Part shown: piece after piece, positions 33,785 to 53,511 of the stretch
Position numbering within the stretch: position 1 is the stretch's first letter
Layout of the letters: every line of letters starts with the position of its first letter
Assembly (NCBI RefSeq): GCF_009914755.1
Contig: NC_060927.1
Reading direction: 5' to 3' (one strand)
Origin: the human T2T-CHM13v2.0 reference genome, Homo sapiens
DNA length: 64,000 nucleotides
Program-made: the position numbers and the translations under genes
The notes under the pieces: model-generated
Seen by the model: only the letters and a program-made list of their open reading frames with translations
Told to the model about the DNA's origin: nothing
Databases searched by the model: none

Positions 33785-34784
33785 TCAATTAGTGGACTAT
33801 TTACACACTGGCTAACATAGATTAACTGCACCTTTTTGAATGTCTGCAATTTCAGTTTTATTAATAAGCTATAATAACACTGAGTTTACCGTTTTATCAG
33901 TTGATCAGCTTCTGTATAGGCGACTATATAAATACTGCCAAAAGTATAGCAGCAAGAATTTATCTGTATGTGTCCAGGGAAAATAATTGTAGTATATAAA
34001 AAAGCTTTACAAGAAATTTGAATATTGTTATACCATATTATTAAAGTTTTAAAAATTATTAAAACTTTAACATTAATTTTTCATTTGTGCCACTGAACTT
34101 TGTCAGTAGCTACTGGCTTTCCTAAACAATACCAGGTAATCCAGCTAGTAATAAATATTTCTAATAGAAGTAATTAACACAAAATAAAACCAAAAGTATT
34201 TTTACTAAGGCAGTTAAGGTATACAGATTTTAACCTGGGAAATTTTGGAATGAAGAAAAAAATGATCAATGAAAGAATCCTAATGTAAATAATTTTAGTA
34301 AAATTAATGGGGAAAAATTGGAAACATCATGTTACATAGAAAATTAAGGATTTGGATGGGCATGAAGGAAGTACTTTCTCAAAGAAAACTAATCAGCATT
34401 GTTGTAATTTTTAGTAGAATGTTCCACAATCACAAACTGAAATAAAAAATATCCCCATCCATGACAAGGCAGGGAGAAGTTAAAAATAATGTCAACATGT
34501 TGGTGGGTTTAAAGCAACAAGCATGGGTATGTGTCAAAACAGTCTGCATCCATCACCAAACTATATAACCTTGCATATGTACCAAGGCTACTGCCTCAAG
34601 ACTGCCTGGGAGCTTGACTCTGTAGGAGCTCATATTGACGCTATGATGTATGGGAATGGCAGTTTGGACCTATTCTTTGCAGGTAGCACATGGGTTACTT
34701 CATGCTGAGCATGCTTGGTTGACTTCAAATATTATTGCCATTTTGACTTTTGCTTTAATTTTCATCTACTCTTTCTAATACTAG

Positions 34785-35132
<348 letters not shown>

Positions 35133-35254
35133 TGAACTTAGCAGTTGAATTTCTGTATTTGTTGAATACTTCCTAGAAACCACTTGTGTTTTTCAACATA
35201 AATGAATTTGAGAAATTTAAGGTGTACTAAAAGAAGATCTGAAAATGAGTGTAA

Positions 35255-35440
<186 letters not shown>

Positions 35441-35926
35441 TGAGCTGCCTTTTATTCACATTCTGGATGCCAAAGAATTCTATTTCCAGAAGTATTCTTT
35501 TTCTCTTGAAATAGGGTTTATAAAAAAAGAATCCAGTGGCTGATAAGCCTTCCTCTTAAATAGTTTCAGACACTCAGATTATTGCTTTTTGATGTATGAA
35601 TTGTCTTCGTCTCTACTCCGTAAGGATGATTAAATAAAATTTTCTTTCTCTAAAAGACTTGAGATCATTTACAACAGAAATAAACAAACCAAAAAAGACT
35701 TACAAAAATATAAAATTCAACTTTTGTTAAATACTTCCTAGTATTTGATACTACTCAATCGTCTACTTCAGAATAGGCCTGATAGGAAAACTGCCAGTTT
35801 TCTTTCAGAAGCAACATTGGAAGAACTCAAGCAGAAGAACAGATATGTGAGTGAATACCTCAGATTTCACATTACAAAACTTGACAATTGCTTGCCTAGA
35901 GATGTTTGGAATCAAAAGTTACTGAT

Positions 35927-36210
35927 TGCCAGGCGTGGTGGCTCACGCCTGTAATCCTAACACTTTGGGAGGCTGAAGCAGGCAGATCACAGGATCAGGA
36001 GTTCAAGACCAGCCTGACCAACATGGTGAAACCCCATCTCTACTAAAAACACACAAAAAATTAGCCGGGCATGGTGGCGCACTCCTATAATCCCAGCCAC
36101 TCAGGAGGCTGAGTCAGGAGAATTGCTTGAACCTGGGAGGCGGAGGTTGCAGTGAGCCAAGATTGTGCCATAACCTAGGCAACAGGGCAAAACTCCATCT
36201 CAAAAAATAA
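35927..36210 (+). mobile_element. AluSg-like
   Basis: TSD aaaagttactgat. Confidence 0.94.
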
Positions 36211-38166
36211 AAAGTTACTGATAACCCGTAGAGGTTGTAGAAAATCTCAGTAAGGATTCCATAAATTGTCTGATACTGAATAACTTGGCTTTCTGCAAAA
36301 TGTACCCCGCAGTGACTGTCTAAATAAAATTACCCTTAGTGGAGAATATCTAACAAAGACAATGATTTTCATTTTTGCATGGCTAATATGGAGCCATCAT
36401 TTCTGGAAGTTGTTTAAAACCAGTGCCAATTTCCCTGTTAAGACTATTTCAGGGTTCAGTAATAACACCATAATATCATCATGGAGAAAGATGCTTTTCC
36501 TCCTCTTTATTCTAGCAGTGTACCATACTCCATGTATTTAACAAAAATATCACTGAGAAAAGATAATTAACATTTTTGTCCTGCCTTAGATTGTTACCTA
36601 GTCTGTTACAATTTATATTTACCCTGGTCTTTGAGCAGTGTTAAAGGGCAGAGTTTTTAAGGCATGTCAGTTACCAGATAACTGATTTGTTCTCTTGCAG
36701 GTTTGTTTATAGTTGGCCTTGTTCATTTAGTCAAAAGTCGTTGCAAGGTCAGTGAATACAGTTAGACCACCAGTGACCCTTTCAAATGTTGTAGAGCGTA
36801 ACAGTAAAAAAATCATGATGTCCAGTCCTTTACTTCATGATGTTTGGAAAACTATTTGTTAAGGTAGTGGATTGGTAGGTTTAGGAGAGGAGCTGTTTTC
36901 CTCTTTTAAAATAAAATTGAGCATGCTTTGAATCTAGAGGAGCTAATAGAGCTTAAGGATTAGAGCCTAATCTTTAGAACAGGCTTTAAATAGTCATTTT
37001 TACAGGATTTTTTTTTACCAAAACTATTTTTAGTTAAAGTTGTTGAATAACGTGTCTTAGGGTAGCATTTCTAGGACCCATTCAAAAGGGGCCGAGTACC
37101 ACTAAATTTGAGACAATTTTCCTTGGAGTTCAAAGGTGGGGAAAATCTCTCAGCAGCTTGTTACTATTGTCCTTCACTAAAAGAAATTCTATCTCAAAAT
37201 ATATAATTGTGAGTTCTAACAGCCAAATTACAGCATCTCACATTATACCTTGAAACAGGTAGCTTCTCCACTTACCCCTGGTATTGTTTTGTTATCCTAC
37301 CCCAAATTCTTATTTCCTAGTACTCCCTTCAGATCTATACTGGAGACAAAGCATACATTCTCCCAAACATTCAAAATATATTTTGATATTTAAGTAATTT
37401 CTTAAAAGGGGAATTTTTCTGAAAACCAGAATAGAACCAAATAAAATTCTCAGCAAAAATATTGCTCAGAGAATTTCAAACACCACTCAGTTGAGTCATT
37501 CTTAACTCTCTAAATCCTTGTCCAGGGTAGCTAGTCATAATACCTTTGAGGTATTATGGAGGTATTGGAGGACCTAGTCATTATACCTTTGAACCAAGGT
37601 CAAGAGGATCATTTGAGCTGGGGCAACTAATAAGACTGCCAGCTCACAACCTTGTATCTTCCCACGTTTCCAGGATAATGTCATGTAGAAGAGCTGTCAG
37701 AAAAGGCCTGCCTCTCATTCATCTATTCTCACACTAGAAGTGTCCAGATATTCCCTTGTTGGTTCTCTTCATTAGCGTTGAGGCTCATGAAGAAGACAGG
37801 AAATGAGTCATATGTGAATGACAGATAAAGCCTTTGAATTGGTATTTTTTTAATTACGTGCTATGTTACATGTGGGCAGTTGGTCCACCTGAGTGATTAA
37901 TTTATCAAGGAATCACTGATTCTTCTCTGGCCATGGCCCTATGTGAGGCACAGGAACAATACTTCTCAGGAAGTTTATAATCAGGGATGAGGTATGAATA
38001 CCAGTCCTAGATTAGAAGACAGACTGAGTACTAAATAAGAGGTATATATGATAAAGTGGTTGAGATAACTTAGAGAGCAGGAAGAAAATCCAAAAACTTA
38101 ATATTTTCATTTTTGCTTTAAATTCTTAGGATATCTTTTTGTGGTTCTGTGCCTCAATTTTTTTAA

Positions 38167-38412
<246 letters not shown>

Positions 38413-38845
38413 TGAGAAAAATCATTATTATTTAAGCCAAAATATATGTGTCTTGGTGGGGACTTATAAAAGCTGAAGGCAAAGCTCTAATAACTGTTTG
38501 TATGCCCAAACATTTAGATAGTGGCCTGTCATAAACCCTTCTCCTGTCTCTTGGCTGTGCCCTACTTTAGTCAAGCTGCCTGTGGCCAGCCTCACCTTAT
38601 TTTTCTTAGTACTTCATTTCCTCTCAATGTCCTGCTCATCAAGTGTAAAAAGAGTGTCTTTTATCTTCTGTTTCACCACTTAATTACACCTAATGTACTC
38701 TCTTATATGTGTACAAATTACCTTAATTCTTTTTTCTATTTGACTCATTTTTTGTTGTTAGCTTAATAAAATACTTTAGTGCCCCTCCCTTATTTACTTT
38801 CTCTATTCAGCTTGTGGGCCTCCAAAGACCTTTAAAAAAAAAAAA

Positions 38846-39144
38846 AGCCAGGCGCCGTGGCTCACGCCTGTAATCCCAGCACTTTGCAAGGCCGAGGCAG
38901 GCGGATCACAAGGTCAGGAGTTCAAGACCATCCTGACCAACATGGTGAAACCCCATATCTACTAAAAATACAAAAATTAGCTGAGCATGGTAGCGCGTGC
39001 CTGTAATCCCAGTTACTCAGGAGACTGAGGCAGGAGAATCACTTGAATCTGGGAGGCAGAGGTTGCAGTGAGCCGAGATCGCACCACTACCTGGGCGACA
39101 GAGCGAGACTCTGTCTCAAAAATAAATAAATAAATAAATAAAAA
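38846..39144 (+). mobile_element. AluSg/Sc-like
   Basis: Dimeric Alu with (TAAA)n tail. Confidence 0.94.
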
Positions 39145-39417
39145 CTGAAAAAAAAACTCTAACAATTATACAAGTGGTACCATAAAGTACTTACACCAAG
39201 AAAAAGGAAGGCCATGACTTAAAAAAAAAAAAAATCAAAGTATAACATACATAGAAAAAAAGATATAAATTATGTGTTTAAATGAATCATAACTTTTTAA
39301 ATGTAATTAGATTTGATAAAGAGCAAATCAACTACTGAAATCCTTCAGAATGCCCATAAATCTCCAATATGGAGCTTCCATCGCTATTTTTATCTCATTT
39401 CTCATTATCCTCTAATG

Positions 39418-39652
39418 CAGAGGTTCCCAAACTTTCTTGGTTCTGTGTCCCTAGGCCAAAAGAAAGATGTTAACTGTCCCATTTATTAACTAGTTAGGTC
39501 CAAACAAGTTAATAGTAGTCATTTGTTCAGTGTCTGACAGGTGTCAGCCTTAACATAGGCTTATTTAACAAGCTTAAACTAACCTATGGTGTCCTGGGGA
39601 GTTTGCCATTGTGCCCTAGATGCCTCGGTACAGTTAAAAGAATTGCAGCTCT
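39418..39652. mobile_element. hAT-Charlie-family MITE fragment
   Basis: cagaggttcccaaacttt start typical of Charlie TIRs. Confidence 0.5.
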
Positions 39653-40506
39653 AAATAGTACTTCTTCCCTTCAATCACTAACATTGAAATTAATTTGAGT
39701 TTTCCAAGTTCTATGATTTTTTAATTTAATTACTGATAATTAACAATATTCATGTTTTCCATGAAAATTGTAACACTGTTTAGGCTAAATAGATTTTGGG
39801 GACTACCTAGGAAACAAATTTTTGTAAGGAAAGTATAATTCATCCAGCATGTAGTTCTGGAGTCTAATTTGTTTTTAAGTAGGGTGCATTGATGTTGTCT
39901 TCCAATCATTGAGTTCATTCTTCCCCAGAGCGATATGTGAAAAACTTTTCCCATTTTGGGCAGTGGCAGCTATGGCAGAGAGCTCACATGACTAACAGAT
40001 GTTAATCTCGCACCAGATTCAGTAGCAGTTAGCACAGGGAAAGTGTATGCATCAAGGCTCAAGAGAATAGCAGTATTGGTGCCCTGAATAGCTACTGAAC
40101 TTCACCCTTCATGCAATGATTGACAGCAGACCCTGTTAGTATATAGGAAGACCCCAGAACAATCCAGCTTTTCACTTTTTTTATTGATGTGTAATAGTTG
40201 TATATGTTTACAGAGTACATGAGTTTTAACGATACATGTATACGATGTATAATGATCAAATCAGGGTAACTGGGATATTCATCACCTCAAACATTTATCA
40301 TTTCTTTGTATTAGGGACATTCCAGAGCTTATCTTCTGGTTATTTGAAATATGCTATACATTTCTGTTAACTGTAGTTGCCCTATTGTGCTTTCAAACAC
40401 AAGCAACACAATCATGAATATTCTTAGTCTATTTTACAGTATATAACTTTGAAAACTGTATCTTTATACCCTCTGCCCCTTTCTGTGCTCCCACTTCAAA
40501 CCATTA

Positions 40507-41817
<1,311 letters not shown>

Positions 41818-42016
41818 TTAAGAGGTACTAACGTTGGTGACCTATTTGATGATGGAGAGAGTTTTGAGAGAGTAGGATAATAACTGGATAGTTAAGGAGT
41901 TTAGATCATAACTGAGCATGTGAACCCAGCTCCAAGGCAAAAGAAAAAAAAGTAGTATGTTATTTTATACTTGAATTTTCTTGACTCTTTGAAATAATCA
42001 CCCTATTCTGCACTAG

Positions 42017-42293
<277 letters not shown>

Positions 42294-44418
42294 TAGTCAA
42301 ATGAATTTTAATGCACATTTATATTTTGATTTTGATTATATTTTTAATTAGCTAGTTTACAGTTCATTTGAAAGACTTTCACAGAAGATAAGGCTGCTAG
42401 AAAGAATTTTAACATTTATATTCAGGACATTAGTGACAATTTATATGTGCCTATAACTTAGGAAATTTCTTAACATTCAGTGATTATTTTAAAACTTTCA
42501 CATTTAAAGTGGGTATTGAAATGTTGGAGCTTAAGTCTGCAACTTTATTAGTTACTTTTTGTTTATCTCCTGTTTACCTTTTTCTATATTCCTGTGGGGA
42601 TTACTTGAACGTTTTTTAGAATTCCATTCTGATTAACTGTAGTTTTTGAGTATCTCTCTTTGTAGATATATATTTTTTAGTTGTTGCTCTAATGCACTTA
42701 CCTTTTGACTCAGCAATCCCAATTCTACAAATGTACCCTGAAAACACACCTCTATCAATACAAACATATGCACACCCAAGGTTATTCATTGCAGCATTGT
42801 TTATACTTGCAAAATATTAGGAACAATCTAAATACCAATACAGTAGATGAATAATATAGTATATTCACACAATGAAGTACTTTGCAGCCATTAAAAAATG
42901 AAGAATTTCTCTATGAATTTATTTAGAGTGATATCCATATACTCTTTGTGTAAATGTTATAAATACACTAATTAAAGGATTGCAGTTGGCAGAATATATA
43001 TAAAAGTATAACTATATGCCCCTGACAAGAAATTAACTTTCATTGTAAGGATATAGGTAGTTGAAACAATATGCCATGCAAACATTAGTTTTAAAAGGAG
43101 CATGAGTGATTATATGAATAACGAATTAAATAGACTTTAGAGCAAGGAAAACTACAGGTACAAAGAGGGACACTACATAATAAGATGATCAATATGCCAA
43201 GAAGGCATAGCAATTATAAAGTATATGCACCAAAAAACAGCTTCAGAATACATGAAACAAAATTATTGAATTGAAAGGAGAAATGGACAATTCTATAATT
43301 ATAGTTGGGGACTTCAATATCCCTCTCTCAATAATTGATAGAAATACTGGGAAATCAGCAAAGATATAGAACTAAACACCTCCATCAATCAACAGGGTTT
43401 AATAGACATTTATAGAACACTGTACCCCAAAACAGCAGAATACATATTCTTTTCAAGCATCTATGGAATATTCACCAAGGTAGACCATATCCTGGATCAT
43501 AAACCTCAAAAAATTTAAAACAATTAAAACTATACAGAGTACATTATTTGACTGTAATGGAATCAAACTGGAAATCAACAATGGAGGTATAATAGGAAAA
43601 TCTCCAAACACTTGGAAATTAAACAACACATTTCTCTATAATCCACGTGTGAAGAGAAAGTTTCAAAACTAAGTGAACTGTTAGAACTGAATAAAAATGA
43701 AAATATGTCACAACTTGGGGATGCAGTTAAAGCAATCCTGAGAGGAAAATCCATTACACAATATTCTAAGCTCCCACCTCACAAAACAAGGAAAAATAAG
43801 AGCAAAATAAACTCAAAGTAAGCATAAGAAAGGCAATAAAGCTAAGAATATGAATCAATGAAGCTGAAAACAAAAAGTAAATCAATGAAACAAAAAGCTG
43901 TTTGTTTGAAAAGATCAATAAAATTAACAAGCCTCTAGCAAGACTAAAAAAAAAAAAGCAGACATGAAGACATGAATTATCGATACCAGGAATGAGACCA
44001 GGGTTATCAGTACAGTTACTGCAGCCATTAAAGCGATCATAAGGGATTGCCTTGAACAACTTGACATAAACTCAGCAACATAGATGAAAAGGAGCGAGTC
44101 CTTAAAAACCACAAAAAAAAACAAAGTTGATGCAATATGAACTAGATCATCTAAATAGTGTTACAACTATGGAAGAAATTTAATCCATCATTTAAAAGCT
44201 TCCAAAAAAGACATTTCAAGGGCCAGATAGTTTCATTGGACGATTCTACCAGTCATTCAAAGAAGAATCAGCATGAATTTACACGATCTCTTGCAGAAAA
44301 CATGAGGGAACATTTACCAGCATATTTTGATACCAGTGTTACCCAGCCTCCAAAACCAGACACAGAGAATACCAAAAAAAAAAAAAAAGAAAAAAAAAAA
44401 AAAAAGAAAAGCAAATTA

Positions 44419-44730
<312 letters not shown>

Positions 44731-45716
44731 AATTACAAATTAGTATTATCTCTCCTGAGCTTTGATGCAGAAATTATCAATAAAATACTACCATATTGAA
44801 TCCAGGAATTTGTAAAAAGAATTATACACCATTATCAAACAGGGTTTATTTCAAGAATGAAAAGATGGTTCAATATTTGAAAATCAATGTAATTCATCAT
44901 ATCTACAACATAAGAAGAAAAACCACATGATTATTCAATTAATACAGAAAAGCATTTGACAAAATTCAATATCCATGCATTATTTTTAAAAGTCAGCAAA
45001 TTATGAATAAAGGAAGAAATTCTTTAACTTCACAAACAGTATCTGTAAGAAACCTACAGCAAATATTATATTTAGATGAAAGACTGGATGCTTCTTCCTA
45101 AGACTGGGAACATGGCAAGGATGTTCACTGATACCACTCTTATTCAACATACTATGATAAATCTTAGCCAGTGTAAGGCAAGAAATGGAAATAGCTAGCA
45201 TACAGATTGGAAGTGAAGAAATAAAACTGTCCGTATTTGCAGGTGACATTTTCTGCATATATGCCAAGGAATGTACCAAAATTTAAAAAAAAAAACACTC
45301 TCCTAGAACTAAGGAGTGCAGCAAGGTTGCAGCACAAAAATCAACACAAAAATCAACCATATTTCTATATACTGAAAACGAACTGGGGAAACCAGCATTT
45401 AAAACAATATAATTTACAATGGCTAAAAACAAAAATTAGTAAAAATATGACTGAACACATGCTAAACTTGTATGTTGGAAGTTACAAAATGCTGATAAAA
45501 GAAATTGAAAGATTAAATAAATAGAGATACTACATTCATGGGTTGGGAGACTTAATAAAGGTGTCAATGCTTCAAAATTTCATCCATTGGTTTAACTCAA
45601 TTCCTATCAGAATCCCTCTGGCAAGATTTTTTTGTAGGTATAAAAACGTATATTCTAAAATTTATGTGCAAAGGTAAAAGGACTAGAATAGCTAAGACAA
45701 CTTTTAAAAAAGAATA

Positions 45717-46028
<312 letters not shown>

Positions 46029-46345
46029 TCACTCTACTTAATGTTAAGACTTACTAACAGTAATCAAGTAATTAAGAAAGTATGTTATTGGATGGAGGGA
46101 GAGAGACATAGGTCAAAGGAACAGAGGGAATCCAGGAATAAACCACTACTAATATGTTCAATTGATTTTATAAGGTACAAAAGCAATTTTATGGAAGAAA
46201 GCTAGTTTTTAAACAAATGATGCTGGAGCAATTGAACAGCCATAGTAAAAAAACAAAAACTTTGACCCAAACCCGACACCTTATACAAAAATTAATTCAA
46301 AATGAATCATGAATTTAAACAAAAAAACTTTTAGGAAAAAATAGG

Positions 46346-47070
<725 letters not shown>

Positions 47071-47142
47071 GAGAATATATTTTGAAAGTCTCAAAATTCA
47101 ATAGTAAACAAACAAATGATACTGTTAGAAAATGGGAGCTGG

Positions 47143-47991
47143 ACATGAACAGACACGTCTCAAAAGAAGACATTTATGCAGCCAAAAAACACATGAAAAA
47201 ATGCTCACCATCACTGGCTTTCAGAGAAATGCAAATCAAAACCACAATGAGATACCATCTCACACCAGTTAGAATGGCAATCATTAAAAAGTCAGGAAAC
47301 AACAGGTGCTGGAGAGGATGTGGAGAAATAGGAACACTTTTACACTGTTGGTGGGACAGTAAACTAGTTCAACCATTGTGGAAGTCAGTGTGGCAATTCC
47401 TCAGGGATCTAGAACTAGAAATACCATTTGACCCAGCCATCCCATTACTGGGTATATACCGAAAGGACTACAAATCATGCTGCTATAAAGACACAAGCAC
47501 ATGTATGTTTATTGCGGCACTATTCACAATAGCAAAGACTTGGAACCAACCCAAATGTCCAACAATGATAGACTGGATTAAGAAAATGTGGCACATATAC
47601 ACCATGGAATACTATGCAGCCATAAAAAATGATGAGTTCATGTCCTTTGTAGGGACATGGATGAAATTGGAAATCATCATTCTCAGTAAACTATCGCAAG
47701 AACAAAAAACCAAACACCGCATATTCTCACTCATAGGTGGGAATTGAACAATGAGAACACATGGACACAGGAAGAGGAACATCACACTCTGGGGACTGTT
47801 GTGGGGTGGGGGGGAGGGGGAAGCAATAGCTTTAGGAGATATACCTAATGCTAAATGATGAGTTAATGGGTGCAGCACACCAGCATGGCACATGTATACA
47901 TATGTAACTAACCTGCACATTGTGCACATGTACCCTAAAACTTAAAGTATAATAATAATAAAATAAATAAATAAATAAAAAATAAAAAAAA
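47143..47991 (+). mobile_element. 5'-truncated young L1PA (L1PA3-like): ORF2 C-terminus, 3'UTR and A tail
   Basis: ORF 47082..47747 closely resembles the L1 ORF2 C-terminus (...[10 protein letters not shown]); TSD agaaaatg(g/a)gagctgg. Confidence 0.95.
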
Positions 47992-48001
47992 AGAAAATGA
48001 G

Positions 48002-48290
48002 AGCTGGGTGCCATGGCTTACATCTGTAATCCCAGCACTTTGGGAGGCCGAGGTGGGCAGATCACTTGAGGTCAGGAGTTTGAGACCAGCCTGGCCAACA
48101 TGGTAAAACCCCATCTCTACTAAAAATAACAAAAATTACCCAGGCATGGTGGTACATGCCTGTAGTCCCAGCTACTCAGGAGGCTGAGGCTCCAAGAGAA
48201 TCACTTGAACCCAGGTTGTAGTGAACTGAGATCGTGCCACTGCACTCCAGCTTGGGCGACAGAGTGAGACGTCTTAAAAAAAAAGAAAAG
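48002..48290 (+). mobile_element. AluSx-like
   Basis: TSD agaaaatggg. Confidence 0.92.
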
Positions 48291-49279
48291 AAAATGGGCT
48301 AAAGACATAAACATGTTTCACCAATGAGGATATGCAGATGGCAACTAAGCACATGAAAATAAGTTCAACATTGTTAGCCATAAGAGAAATGTAAAATAAA
48401 ACTATATGAGATATCACCACACACCTATCAGAATAACAGAATTTTTTTTTAAATATTGTTAACACCAAATGCTGGGGAGAGTGTGGATAAACTGGATCAT
48501 ATGCTGTTAGTGAGAATATAAAATGGTACAGCCACTCTGAAAAGCAGTTTGACAGTTTCTCTACAAACTAAACATGCACATCCCAAAGGCAGCTGTTGAA
48601 CTCCTGGGCATTTATCCTAGAGAAATGAAAACTTTTGGTCACATAAAAACTTACACGTAAATGTTCTTAGCAGCTTTAATTGTAATAACCAGAAACTGGA
48701 AAAAAAAAAAAAAACTCAGATACCCTTCAATAGGTGAATGAGTAGTTATAGTTAAACTGTGGTACATACCATGGCATACTATTCAGGAAAAAGAGGGAGA
48801 AACTATGAAATGTGCAACAAATTGGATTGATCTCAAGGGAATTGTGTTGAATTTTAAAAGCTAATCTCAAAAGGCTACATGCTACACAGTGCATACATTT
48901 CATTTATGTAATATTCCCGAGATAACAAAACTAAGAAATGGAGAACTGATTAGTGGTTGCCAGGGGACAGGGACAGTGGAGAGGGGATGAGTATAAAAGG
49001 GTATCATGCGAAAGTTCCTTTGTAGAAATGGAACAGTTGCAGTTACATACACACACACAAATACATGTAAAAATAGATAAAAACTGAATAAGGCCTGTAG
49101 TTAACAATATTGTACCAGTGTCAGTTTCCTGGTGGTATATAAGATGTCACTATTGGAAAAAGCTGGGTGAAGAGTGCACAGTGTACTATTTTTGGAAATT
49201 CCTGTGAGCTTATTTAAAAGTCAAAAAATTGTGAAGATAAGTATATAACTTATAACTTTTAAAGATAAGTATATATAAC

Positions 49280-50700
<1,421 letters not shown>

Positions 50701-50705
50701 ATGGA

Positions 50706-50980
50706 TTGAGACAGGATCTTGCTCTGTTTCCCGGGCTGGGGTGCAGTAGTGCAATTACAGCTCACTGCAGCCTGGACCTCCTGGGCTCAGGTGATCCTCC
50801 CACCTCAGTCTCCCACGTAGCTGGTACTACAGGTGCATGCCACCACACCCAGCTAATTTTTGCAGAGGTAGGATTCACCATATTAACCAGGCTGGTCTCA
50901 AACTCCTGAGCTCAATGGATCTGCCCAACTCGGCCTTCCAGAGTGCTGAAATTTCTGGTGTGAGCCACCTCACACAGGCT
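50706..50980 (-). mobile_element. AluJ
   Basis: Diverged Alu. Confidence 0.88.
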
Positions 50981-51858
50981 GTCTATCTAGTTTAAATATC
51001 AGTTATACTTGCTTCATAAAAGGAGTTAGAAAATTGTTTTTTTTTCTTAATCCCAAATGTGACAGTATGTTCTTCCTTCTTAATGCTCTAGATGAATTAC
51101 CAAAATTGGTGAACTCATAGTTAGGTATTACATAATACTAGTTCAATGACACCTTCTTATTCCAGCTGCCTTTTTTTAAATTTTCTTCTGATTGCCAAAG
51201 GGTGTTTCTTTCATTTTTGTCTTTTTTTCTTTTCCAAAAACTATGCATTTCAAAAATTGCCTTCTTTAAATCACAGACTTTTAAGATCCTTCCTTGTGGT
51301 TCTGATCTACCCAGATGCTTGCTTGCTTTTTTTTTTTTTTTTTTTAGCATTTTCAAACTTAATGTGGACTTAGTCTTTGCAGCAGTATTTTTAAATCAAT
51401 GTTAGCTCTTTCTGCTAGTTTCCCTCTTCAGTTCTCCCCATCAGGTTTTGTGTGTTTACTTGCTCTGTTTTTGTTTTGGTCTTTGATTGCCACAAATCCT
51501 GTGGAGCAGTAAGGGTAGGGTAGGAGCAGTAGAGATCATGTGCCAGGATTTGGTATTTTTTTTCTCCTTTTAGTCACAGTTATTTTTGAAGTTTTGACAT
51601 CCTCTGTCTACAAGTTAGGCTGAAGGTATGATTTCATGTGGAATTTGCTTTTTCCTTCTTATTGTTTTGGGGAGGAAATAGTATAAAGTAGGTGTCTATA
51701 TAGCTGCCTTTTTTTCAGCTCTGAAGAATGTTTATAGCATATTATATACATTCATTTTTTCTTCTGGTTTCTTATAAACCATAGGACAGATTAATTAGAA
51801 GCAGCAGTGACTTTTAAGGGGTGAATATAGTATAATTAACTCTTTTCTTTTGTTAAAG

Positions 51859-51925
51859 GTTACAGATGAGACGATTTAAAAAGAACTGGAAGTGTGATTT
51901 AGATTCAGCCTTGAATAAATTAGAG
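51859..51925 (+). CDS. TOPAZ1: TOPAZ1 coding exon (LQMRRFKKNWKCDLDSALNKLE)
   Basis: cttttgttaaag| ... GAG|gtatga; 67 nt, phase 2 to 0. Confidence 0.88.
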
Positions 51926-52990
51926 GTATGACATTTATTATTTTAAATACATTGCTGGGATCTCTGAAAATCAATAGCAACAAAAAAGGTTTGAATAATA
52001 ACCCCATTTTATGAAAAGTTTTAGAAATGTGGCTGTTATACAGAGAAAATGCTCAAGGAAAGGAAGTTTTGTTTTTCTTACAAGTTAATATTTTGAAAGG
52101 CAAACGTTTTAATTTCTAGAGTTGTGGACTGTACTAAAAATAATTCTAAAAATTGTTCAGTTTCAAAATTATATTAAAGTAAAATAACAATTCGAAGCTT
52201 AGTCTTTAAGTTTTGAGACTGGGCAGACTCGCTCAGTGCATAAGAAAGCTGAGGTACTTGTCATGGATGGCTACAGTACATGAAATGGTGGGAGAAAGCC
52301 CAGGTCACACTGAACTCTCCAACCATTTAGAGTATAAGAAATGAGGACCTTCAGGATGATTTTTACTTTTAAATTTAATATCATTTTTGTATTCATGTAG
52401 TAATTGTTGCTCTGGTTTTAATTAGTACTTTTATATTCTTAAGACAACTTTTTTTCTTGATGTGAACAACTTCTTTAGTTTATAACAGAAATTGTAGAAA
52501 GATAATAAGTTGATTGAAATTTACTTTGTGGCCACTTTTGTAGAACGTAGTGTCCAAAACGATATGTGGGCCCAAATTATAAATGGCCAGATAACATTAA
52601 AATGTACTTTCTAAAAGTAGTAAAATAATGCATTGCCATGGAGACAGTTCAAATTATGCTGCTCATCATGTTTTCCGTAAAATCCATCTCCACTGTCAGG
52701 TTCAGTTTTGGGGGTGAATACAGTTAAATACTTTAAGACCTGGATAATTAAAACAAATGTGCATTGTTATTTGGAATTTATAGAGGCTTTACTATAGCCA
52801 GAAAAGCAAAGTTACAATAGTGTGTTGTTGATGTGATACTTGTTGGTAAGCTTATAAGATGTGCAGATTTTGTCTTATTAATTTATGTATATCTAATGCC
52901 TAAACATGCTTTGCCCTAAAGACATGTTTGCATAAATGACATAGTTTTCATTCTTTTTCTTTTTTGTTTTGTTTTTAATAATTTTGATAG

Positions 52991-53173
<183 letters not shown>

Positions 53174-53201
53174 TAACTATTGGCCTGAATATTGTGTATG
53201 A

Positions 53202-53511
<310 letters not shown>

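Noticed and set aside
47082-47747. Longest ORF (221 aa) as an independent gene
   Set aside because: It is the L1 ORF2 C-terminus of a 5'-truncated L1PA. It starts at a non-ATG codon and has no EN or RT domain.
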